Under the pieces are notes generated by a model. The model had not been told where the DNA came from and ran no database searches. It saw only the letters and a list, made by a program, of their open reading frames with translations. Below, one piece after another: positions 57,166 through 64,000 of a stretch of 64,000 bases of DNA. The translations under genes and the position numbers were made by a program. The stretch spans positions 7,450-71,449 of the forward strand of contig CAMMFF010000004.1 of NCBI GenBank assembly GCA_946496065.1, given 5' to 3'. This DNA comes from an uncultured Clostridia bacterium (GTDB lineage Bacteria > Bacillota > Clostridia > Christensenellales > UBA1242). Position 1 is the first letter of the stretch. Each line of letters begins with the position of its first letter.

Positions 57166-58419
57166 TTATTTTCGCATATTTTTCTTTTGTTTCTTGATTT
57201 CTTTATACCTTCTTTTTCTGGCATGATTTACAATTTTGTTTACTTTTCCATAATCCAAAGAAGTGTTTATCCCGTCATAATCAGCATCAGGTTGACTCAT
57301 GATGAGTTCTGCAATCGTGTCAATCGCAGTTGTTTTCATCTCTTTCATACCCAGACTCATTCGAGTCAAGACATCTCTGCTGTCATAAAGATAATTGATA
57401 TGTCTGACAAGTTCTTTATAATTTCCAAAAGACAAAGCCACCCCTTTTTCTTTCAAGAATTGAATATTGTAATATTCCTGACCTGGAAGTTTGTAAGTCG
57501 CAATCAATGGCAACCCCTTATTTACTGCTTCAGTTGTGGAAAGCCCTCCACCTTTGCCAATCATAACATCTGATGCACTCATAATCACATCAACATTATT
57601 GACAAAGCCATAGTTGACAATCTTGAAGTTTTCGGGATATTTGCTCATCTCTTTGTCAATTTTCTTCTTTGTTTTTTCATTATGTCCATTGCAGATAATG
57701 ATCTGAATTTTCTTCTTAACTCCTTTCAAAAGAGCTTTCAAAATTCCATAACTCCCCTGCCAATGACCACCACCATAGAAGATGAACACAGTAAACAAGT
57801 CCTTGTCAATTCCAAGCATTTCTCTTGCTTTAGTTTTGTCAATTTCCTTTGAAAATTTGTCAGAAACAGGAATACCTGTCATCAAAAGATTTTTGTTGTC
57901 AAAACCTTTTTCAAGCAACTTCGCTCTGTTGTCCTCATGTGCCATTGTCAAAATCTCAACTCCACCAATTGATGGTTCCCAGAAAGGAGAAACAACATAG
58001 TCGAGCATACAGACAATGTTAAAACTTGGCAATTTGTAAACTCTTCTCAAATTTGCCAAAGCCATTCCACCATAATATGTTGTTGTGTAAATCACATCAG
58101 GTTTAAATTCATAAATCAACTTCAAAAGTTTTCCATTCAAAGACTTAACTGAAGTTTGTGGTGGACAAACACTCGCTTTTTCCACAGGATATTTGAAATA
58201 AGCATTATAAAACAAATCATAGAGTGGTCTTAAATATCCAACGGCGATATTATACCCCTTATCTACAATCCAAGAATTAAAATGTGATGTATATTCCTTA
58301 ATTATGTCAACAACTTTAACTTCAGCCTGACCAGTTTGTTCAAGTTTATTTTTCATAGCATTAGCAGCAGAGTTGTGCCCATTCCCCGCTGTAACCGTCA
58401 ATATCAATACTTTTTTCAT
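57166..58419 (-). CDS. ugtP: Diacylglycerol glycosyltransferase (MGDG-synthase/UgtP-like, GT28)
   Basis: 417 aa with N-terminus KKVLILTVTAGNGHNSAANA, typical of UgtP-type glycolipid synthases, and a GT-B C-terminal half. Confidence 0.8.
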   Translation of the reverse strand: MKKVLILTVTAGNGHNSAANAMKNKLEQTGQAEVKVVDIIKEYTSHFNSWIVDKGYNIAVGYLRPLYDLFYNAYFKYPVEKASVCPPQTSVKSLNGKLLKLIYEFKPDVIYTTTYYGGMALANLRRVYKLPSFNIVCMLDYVVSPFWEPSIGGVEILTMAHEDNRAKLLEKGFDNKNLLMTGIPVSDKFSKEIDKTKAREMLGIDKDLFTVFIFYGGGHWQGSYGILKALLKGVKKKIQIIICNGHNEKTKKKIDKEMSKYPENFKIVNYGFVNNVDVIMSASDVMIGKGGGLSTTEAVNKGLPLIATYKLPGQEYYNIQFLKEKGVALSFGNYKELVRHINYLYDSRDVLTRMSLGMKEMKTTAIDTIAELIMSQPDADYDGINTSLDYGKVNKIVNHARKRRYKEIKKQKKNMRK

Positions 58420-58425
58420 GTATTG

Positions 58426-58454
58426 ATTATAACATCACACAAAAAATAACGCAA
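58426..58454 (-). promoter_or_regulatory. Promoter placing the TSS on the ugtP-like ATG (leaderless candidate)
   Basis: TTGCGT (58454-58449), 17 nt spacer ending in an extended -10 TGt, TATAAT (58431-58426), then 6 nt (caatac) and the ATG at 58419. No SD. Confidence 0.6.
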
Positions 58455-58533
58455 AGAATAAGTGAAAAATTTTCAAAATTATTATGAAATAAATTTAAAA
58501 TAATCTATAATATATTTTGTTAGGAGAAAAGGA

Positions 58534-60081
58534 ATGAAAAAAGAAACAAAAAAGACTAGTTCGAAAAAAACGACAAAAACAAGACAAGAAACAAAAAACA
58601 CAAAAGTTTGCTTTGATAATGACCTTTATTTGAAACTTCAAAGCGAAAGCATAAACAAAAGAATCAAAAAGTTCCACAACAAACTCTATTTGGAATTTGG
58701 CGGAAAAATTTTTGATGACTTGCATGCTGCAAGAGTTTTGCCAGGCTTTGATCCAAACATAAAAATCAAACTTCTTCAAAAAATGAAAGATAAAGCAGAA
58801 ATCATCTTCTGCATAAGCTCAAATGACATAGAAAAAAACAAAATACGTGCCGACCTTGGGCTCAGTTATGACAACGAAGTTCTTCGCCTTGTTGACAACA
58901 TGAGAGAACTTGGCCTTTACATATCAGCCTTTGTAATCACCCTTTACAAAGGACAACCAAGTGCCGCAAAATTTGGCAAAAAACTTGAACAAAGAGGAGA
59001 AAGAGTTTATTTCCATAACTACACAAAAGGATATCCAAACGATGTTGAAACAATCGTTTCTGACAATGGATATGGCGCAAATCCTTTTGTTGAAACCACT
59101 CGACCTCTTGTTGTTGTAACCGCCCCAGGACCATCAAGCGGAAAACTTGCCACCTGTCTTTCCCAACTTTATCATGAATACAAAAGAGGTATAAAAGCAG
59201 GCTACGCAAAATTTGAAACATTCCCAGTTTGGAACTTACCGCTCAAACACCCTGTCAACATCGCCTATGAAGCTGCAACAGCAGACCTTTATGATGTAAA
59301 CCAAATTGACCCATTCCATTTCAATGCCTATGGCACACTTGCCGTAAATTACAACAGAGACATCGAAGTTTTCCCAATTTTGCAGAACATTCTGACAAAG
59401 ATAACAAAAAAAGAAATCTACAAATCTCCAACTGATATGGGTGTCAACATGATTGCAGAAGCAATCACAAATGACAAACTTGCACAATTTTCTGCAAAGA
59501 AAGAAATCTTGAGAAGATATTACAGAGCAGAATGTGACTACAAACGTGGTCAATGCACATTTGAAACTTTGGAAAGAAATAAATCACTTGTTTCAGAAGT
59601 TGACGCAAAAGACGATTTGTTGAAAGTTATTGACATTTCAAAAGAAACATCAAAAACAAGTGGATTTCCTTGTGTTGCACTTGAACTTCCTGACGGAAAA
59701 ATCGTGACAGGAAAAACCAAAAAAATTGTTTCAGCAAGCGGTGCGGTTGTTTTGAACGCATTGAGAACTTTGGCAGGAATGGGAGATGATTTTGATGTAA
59801 TAACAGATGATATTCTTCTTCCAATTGTCGAATACAGAACAAAAATTTTGAAGTCTCACACAAGTGTGTTAAATCTCGACGACATTTTGGTCGCCTTGTC
59901 AATTTGTTCAGCAAAAAATGAAAAGGCGAAGAAAGCATTGTCAAAGATTGGTGAACTGAATGGTTGTGAAGCACACTGCACCTACATACTATCTTCTGCA
60001 GAAGAACAAACTCTCAAAAAACTTGGAATCAATGTAACTTGCGAACCAGTTTTCCTTAATTCCCATCTTTTTGAAGGTTAG
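58534..60081 (+). CDS. DUF1846 (UPF0371) family protein
   Basis: 515 aa. After a K/T-rich N-terminus, FDNDLYLKLQSESINKRIKKFHNKLYLEFGGKIFDDLHAARVLPGFDPN is typical of DUF1846. AGGAG RBS. Confidence 0.8.
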   Translation: MKKETKKTSSKKTTKTRQETKNTKVCFDNDLYLKLQSESINKRIKKFHNKLYLEFGGKIFDDLHAARVLPGFDPNIKIKLLQKMKDKAEIIFCISSNDIEKNKIRADLGLSYDNEVLRLVDNMRELGLYISAFVITLYKGQPSAAKFGKKLEQRGERVYFHNYTKGYPNDVETIVSDNGYGANPFVETTRPLVVVTAPGPSSGKLATCLSQLYHEYKRGIKAGYAKFETFPVWNLPLKHPVNIAYEAATADLYDVNQIDPFHFNAYGTLAVNYNRDIEVFPILQNILTKITKKEIYKSPTDMGVNMIAEAITNDKLAQFSAKKEILRRYYRAECDYKRGQCTFETLERNKSLVSEVDAKDDLLKVIDISKETSKTSGFPCVALELPDGKIVTGKTKKIVSASGAVVLNALRTLAGMGDDFDVITDDILLPIVEYRTKILKSHTSVLNLDDILVALSICSAKNEKAKKALSKIGELNGCEAHCTYILSSAEEQTLKKLGINVTCEPVFLNSHLFEG

Positions 60082-60109
60082 TTAGCATAAACAACAAAGG
60101 AGAATAATT

Positions 60110-60625
60110 ATGAGATATCTACCATCCATTTCCACTTCAGTTTTAGTGGCAATATTAGTACCATTGATAATAAGTTCTTTCGCTAAAAAGATAGAATACA
60201 AAAATGAATATAAATCATTTTTTATAATAGAAATAGGTTGGCTAAAAAGTTTTTCAATTCCTTTTTTTATCATTTGTTTTGTTTTAACTGTTATAATCAA
60301 CATAGCGACAATTTTACCAATCTGGGCAAATATTCTCTTAATAATTTGCAACATTATTGCTTTTTCCTTTGTTATAATGGCATTTCGCTACAAAATAGTC
60401 GTATACAATCACACAATCATATATACACCACTTTTTGCAAAGAAAAAAATATATTACTTAGACGATATAACAAAAATTGAAGTTAGATCACTAAATTATG
60501 GTATAATAAACTACCAAATTTTCATAAAAGATAAAAAAATCATAACAATATCCAATATGTTAAAAAATGTAGAAGATTTTATAAACTTAGCAAGAGCAAA
60601 TAATATAAAATTTGAAAGCAAATAA
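60110..60625 (+). CDS. Hypothetical membrane protein (171 aa)
   Basis: Lies 28 nt after the DUF1846 gene with an AAGGAG RBS. Has 3-4 TM helices and a ~70-aa soluble C-terminus. Confidence 0.6.
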   Translation: MRYLPSISTSVLVAILVPLIISSFAKKIEYKNEYKSFFIIEIGWLKSFSIPFFIICFVLTVIINIATILPIWANILLIICNIIAFSFVIMAFRYKIVVYNHTIIYTPLFAKKKIYYLDDITKIEVRSLNYGIINYQIFIKDKKIITISNMLKNVEDFINLARANNIKFESK

Positions 60626-60631
60626 AATGTC

Positions 60632-60656
60632 AAAGACACCTTGCAGGTGTCTTTTT
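60632..60656. terminator. Terminator after the DUF1846 operon (convergent with murI)
   Basis: Hairpin aaagacacct-tgc-aggtgtcttt (60632-60654) followed by a T-run. Confidence 0.75.
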
Positions 60657-60688
60657 ATATTTTTCACGCCAAATTCCAATTTTTCAAA

Positions 60689-61411
60689 TCAAATATAATA
60701 ATACCACCAAAATTTCCCTAACATATCAACTTTTTCACAAAAAATCTGAACTTGAAAATTATCTGACGGATCATCTTGAACAAAACTCAAAAGACGCCTA
60801 GCCACCCCATTTGCACTATCGTAAACCTTCATATCAGGGAACAATTCATTAATCTGCGGAATTATTGCTCTGTAATGCGTGCAACCAAGCACAATTGCTT
60901 TAAACCTTTTATCAATGTTTTCTTTCAAATATGGTTTTATATTGTCCAAATTATCCAAATTTTCGTCAATCAACACTGCCAAATCATTAAGTGGCAAAAA
61001 AGTGATTTCACTGTTTTGATATTTTTTTATCAACTTGTTGTTTTTAATTGTGGCTTCCGTTGCTATCAGCAAAATGTCTTTTTCTTCGTTTTCCAAAATT
61101 GCTGGCTTGATTGCAGGAACTGTTCCAATAAAGACAATATTTGAAAATTTTTCTCTCATCTCGTCCAATACAGTCGCCGTCAAAGTATTGCAAGCAAAAA
61201 TCACAATATCAAACTTAAAAAATTGATTGATCTTATTCAAATTTTTCTCAGTGATTGAAATCAATTCTTGTTTTGTCTTACTTCCATATGGAATGTTGTA
61301 AGCATCACAAAACAATAAAAAATTGCATCTCGGAGCAACCTTAACACACTCTTTGAGAATATTAATCCCCCCACTTCCACTGTCAATCAAAAGAACATTT
61401 TTCATGTTCAT
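60689..61411 (-). CDS. murI: Glutamate racemase
   Basis: LIDSGSGGINIL plus the catalytic Cys motifs FACNT and LGCTHY. Start is the ATG at 61411 or 61405; no SD seen. Confidence 0.9.
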   Translation of the reverse strand: MNMKNVLLIDSGSGGINILKECVKVAPRCNFLLFCDAYNIPYGSKTKQELISITEKNLNKINQFFKFDIVIFACNTLTATVLDEMREKFSNIVFIGTVPAIKPAILENEEKDILLIATEATIKNNKLIKKYQNSEITFLPLNDLAVLIDENLDNLDNIKPYLKENIDKRFKAIVLGCTHYRAIIPQINELFPDMKVYDSANGVARRLLSFVQDDPSDNFQVQIFCEKVDMLGKFWWYYYI

Positions 61412-61431
61412 ATATATGCAAGGCAGAAAAA

Positions 61432-62187
61432 TTATTGCATCAAATCATTAAAAACATCGGCAATCAATGAAGATAAAAATTCAACTTTCTCTTTCACATC
61501 TTTTTCTGTCAATATGATGTTTTTCTTCGCTTTTAAATCTTTGCTTGAAATCATCATTGGAACACCAACCGAGAAACAAGGAACATTGATTGTTGATTTA
61601 TTAATCGCCACGCCAAAATTATTCATGGCACTACCTGGTGTCAACCCAGCATCATTAAATTGAATTGAACATCCAAGCCTAGAGATGTTGTCAGTTGCCA
61701 AAGAGTCAAACAAGAAAACAGCCGAAATGTCAAAAGCCTCCACAATCAACCTTATGACATCATATGCATTCAACCCAGTGTTTGCAAAGGTGTTTGGAAT
61801 AATTTTGAAAATTCGATTTTTCTTTTTAAAGGGTTCAATTGAAATCTTGTTGACTGACCACACCCCAAAACAATCTGCCACAATTTCTGGATTTCCAATG
61901 CCTACAAACAAAATCTTGTCTCTTTTTTTGATTTTGTTTTCTTTAAACAAAAACTGAATACGATATTTAATTTCCGAAAAAAGAATGTCATAATGTTCAT
62001 TCATTAAAGAGGAGAGAAGTGGTGCATTGATAATGAAATAATGCCCTTTGTCAAACTCCAACTCTTCTGCCTTACCGTCAGAATCAATAAAAAGTTTTGA
62101 ACAAGTAATCTCGTACCTATCAAGTTTAACCGTTTCGTATCCATAAATTGACAAATCACAGCCACTTTCATCAACTAAGTCATTCAT
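61432..62187 (-). CDS. gpr: Germination protease GPR (A25 family), short form
   Basis: Collinear with the B. subtilis GPR core (FVGIGNPEIVADCFG; LFDSLATDNISRLGCSIQFNDAGLTPGS; GVPMMI). Adjacent and divergent to rpsT, as in Bacillus. Confidence 0.8.
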   Translation of the reverse strand: MNDLVDESGCDLSIYGYETVKLDRYEITCSKLFIDSDGKAEELEFDKGHYFIINAPLLSSLMNEHYDILFSEIKYRIQFLFKENKIKKRDKILFVGIGNPEIVADCFGVWSVNKISIEPFKKKNRIFKIIPNTFANTGLNAYDVIRLIVEAFDISAVFLFDSLATDNISRLGCSIQFNDAGLTPGSAMNNFGVAINKSTINVPCFSVGVPMMISSKDLKAKKNIILTEKDVKEKVEFLSSLIADVFNDLMQ

Positions 62188-62222
62188 ATAGAAAATATAA
62201 CCAAAAAATATTAAAAAATAAG

Positions 62223-62251
62223 TTGATTTTTAAAAAATGTTATGTTATAAT
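62223..62251 (+). promoter_or_regulatory. Promoter of rpsT
   Basis: TTGATT (62223-62228), 17 nt spacer, then TGt-TATAAT (62243-62251). Confidence 0.7.
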
Positions 62252-62279
62252 GACATAGATAATTTTTAAGGAGAGAGAC

Positions 62280-62549
62280 ATGGCAAACATTAAATCAGCA
62301 AAGAAAAGAGTATTGATTGAAAGAGAAAGAAATGTAAAAAACAACTCTGTTAAATCTGAAATCAAAACATATACAAAGAAATTCAAAGCAGAACTTGCTG
62401 TTGATGTGGCAAAGGCTGAAGAAGTTTACAAAGAACTTGCTTCAAAACTTGATAGTGCTGCAAGAGAAGGCACAATTCATCAAAACTCTGCCAACAGAAA
62501 GAAAGCACACTTTGCAAAATTGTTAGATAATGCAAAAAACAGCAAGTAA
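62280..62549 (+). CDS. rpsT: 30S ribosomal protein bS20
   Basis: 89 aa starting MANIKSAKKRVLIERERN... GGAGAG RBS. Confidence 0.96.
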   Translation: MANIKSAKKRVLIERERNVKNNSVKSEIKTYTKKFKAELAVDVAKAEEVYKELASKLDSAAREGTIHQNSANRKKAHFAKLLDNAKNSK

Positions 62550-62567
62550 TTTAATTATAAAAGAAAA

Positions 62568-62598
62568 AAAGAAGGTTGAATAAAAACCTTCTTTTTTG
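62568..62598 (+). terminator. Intrinsic terminator after rpsT
   Basis: Hairpin agaaggtt-gaataaa-aaccttct (62570-62592) followed by TTTTTT. Confidence 0.8.
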
Positions 62599-62759
62599 TT
62601 TTCATATCATTTCAAAACGATAGACTTAATTTCTTCACAATAGCACCACCGCAAAGTCACATGTTTTGTATCTTTAATTCGGTAGTAAAAGCGAAGAACA
62701 AACATTATTGCAATACTTTTTTGTCATTTGGATAAAATGAAACAAAGTACTGTTTTTCG

Positions 62760-64000
62760 CTAAATTCTGCTTCCATTGCCCATGGTAAGTGCAAGTCGAA
62801 CACCCTGGACATTGTCAAGCCAACTTGATTTGGTTATTCCTGCTTTTGTGACAATCTGTCCGTTTCCTAACCCTGTCCCCAAATTCCTTGTCCAATAGTT
62901 CACTTTGTCATCTGTTCCACAACCAAGCAAGAAACATACCATGTCACTTGCCTTGGCTGAGTAATCATTCAAATAGGTCTTTATCTCTTCTATTGATGCC
63001 ACTCTCACTCCGTCTTCTGTCACTGAAACACTGACTACCTTGTCTTGTTGCCCTGCACTCCCAAACTTGTAATATGTGTAATTCGTTGAGCTTTGTTTGT
63101 TGGTGATGTTTGCTGAAAAGTTTGTCGTCGAGGCGGTCTTGTTCAATTCTGATATGTTGCTGTACATTTCACTATCTTTAAATGCCCAACCTTCTTTCAC
63201 TGATTGTGTTGTCACTGCTCCAATTGTCAGTATTCTGTCACTCACAACTGTGAAGTTGGTCTTGTATGTTCCGTATGTGCTCCAGCCACTTGGATATGAT
63301 GTGCTTGAAACTCCATAGTCACTCACTCTCCACCTGATTGGCTCCACTTCAAACCAATACCAATTATTTTTTGTGAAGGTGTAACTTGTTCCGTCACTCA
63401 TCTTGAGTGTCTGTGTGCTGGTCGCTTGAAGTCTGGCATATCTCTTGCTGTTGTATGTGTAAACTTCAATCTTTTGATTTGTTGTTCCGTCATTATACTT
63501 GATTTCTCCACTCTTTGTTGGACTTGCACTATTGAGTGTGTTGTTCATGCTTGTCCCTACATAACTCTGTGGATATTCTCCATGTTCAAAATACCAATAT
63601 CTCTCTGTGCTGTCATATTTAAGTTGATTTGATGACAATACCTTGAAAAACACATTAACTATGTATGTGCCACCTGATATTTCTGTAGGGACAAAAACTT
63701 TTGATGGCTCTTCTATAGAATTTGGTGGTATTTCACTTGGGTTACTATTCCTATTGTATGTTATTCCAACAAAAACATATCCGCTCTTACTATTTGGAAC
63801 AATTGTTACTTCTTCTTCCAACAATGCATCTGTTGTAGCCGTAATTAAAGCATCACTGGACACAGTTACAGATTTTAATGAACCACTGCCATTTTTATAC
63901 TGAACTGCAACACTGCCACCTAAAGCAGAGTTTGTATACAATAAACCATCTATTGAAGTTTTGATTTGAACTTGTATGTTAGAAACTGCAGGATCCCATT
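62760..64000 (-). CDS. Large S/T/Y/G/N-rich secreted or surface protein, N-terminus outside the window (DUF6273-like C-terminus)
   Basis: The frame stays open to position 64000; the track start at 63941 is an internal TTG. The C-terminal region (EPIRWRV ... YWTRNLG ... VQGVRLAL) resembles the pIeWrVL / WWLRS / GVRPAL pattern as I recall it for DUF6273. Confidence 0.75.
   Translation of the reverse strand, partial: WDPAVSNIQVQIKTSIDGLLYTNSALGGSVAVQYKNGSGSLKSVTVSSDALITATTDALLEEEVTIVPNSKSGYVFVGITYNRNSNPSEIPPNSIEEPSKVFVPTEISGGTYIVNVFFKVLSSNQLKYDSTERYWYFEHGEYPQSYVGTSMNNTLNSASPTKSGEIKYNDGTTNQKIEVYTYNSKRYARLQATSTQTLKMSDGTSYTFTKNNWYWFEVEPIRWRVSDYGVSSTSYPSGWSTYGTYKTNFTVVSDRILTIGAVTTQSVKEGWAFKDSEMYSNISELNKTASTTNFSANITNKQSSTNYTYYKFGSAGQQDKVVSVSVTEDGVRVASIEEIKTYLNDYSAKASDMVCFLLGCGTDDKVNYWTRNLGTGLGNGQIVTKAGITKSSWLDNVQGVRLALTMGNGSRI

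Noticed and set aside
62599-62759. Possible small RNA, tRNA fragment or att site in the spacer between rpsT and the surface-protein gene, including a 17-codon ORF (MTKKYCNNVCSSLLLPN).
   Set aside because: I could find no cloverleaf, no strong hairpin plus U-run, no promoter consensus and no repeat shared with other parts of the window.

Overview
This window is an AT-rich, gene-dense chromosomal segment of an endospore-forming, low-GC Firmicute that looks Clostridia-like; no closer taxonomy can be claimed from sequence alone. I support about 57 protein-coding genes and 2 tRNAs. About five-sixths lie on the minus strand, so that strand is probably the leading strand.

Most of the content is core housekeeping:
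- Translation, RNA modification and proteostasis: rplJ-rplL with an L10-leader attenuator, ftsH, leuS, mnmA, rimO, an S1-domain protein, rluB-like and rpsT.
- DNA maintenance: scpA-scpB, a miaB-mutS-mutL-miaA-ynbB-like operon, recA preceded by pgsA and a cinA-like gene, and ftsK/spoIIIE.
- Envelope and lipid: a class A PBP, plsC, murI and an ugtP-like glycosyltransferase.
- Sporulation and germination: a gerA-type A-B-C operon, an SpoIVFB-like M50 protease, an SpoIIM-like protein, two D-Ala-D-Ala carboxypeptidases, a PdaB-like deacetylase, a YloB-like Ca-ATPase, ytfI/ytfJ-like genes and gpr.

I found no CRISPR array, transposase, integrase, prophage block or recognisable defence system, and no convincing novel multi-gene system. 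The leads most worth a second look are:
1. A recurring TTGnnn-17-TATAAT-6 nt-ATG geometry suggests at least five leaderless mRNAs.
2. The MiaB homologue lacks its TRAM domain and its stop overlaps the mutS start.
3. A three-domain LigD (PE-Lig-Pol) has no Ku gene in the window.
4. A nucleoside hydrolase is translationally coupled to a hypoxanthine-DNA glycosylase.
5. A Vat-type streptogramin acetyltransferase sits between the ftsH and rplJL units.
6. Several orphan membrane or surface genes include a divergent pair at 10.6-12.8 kb and a compositionally distinct partial surface protein at the 3' edge.

All functional calls come from motif and family recognition by eye; no searches were run.
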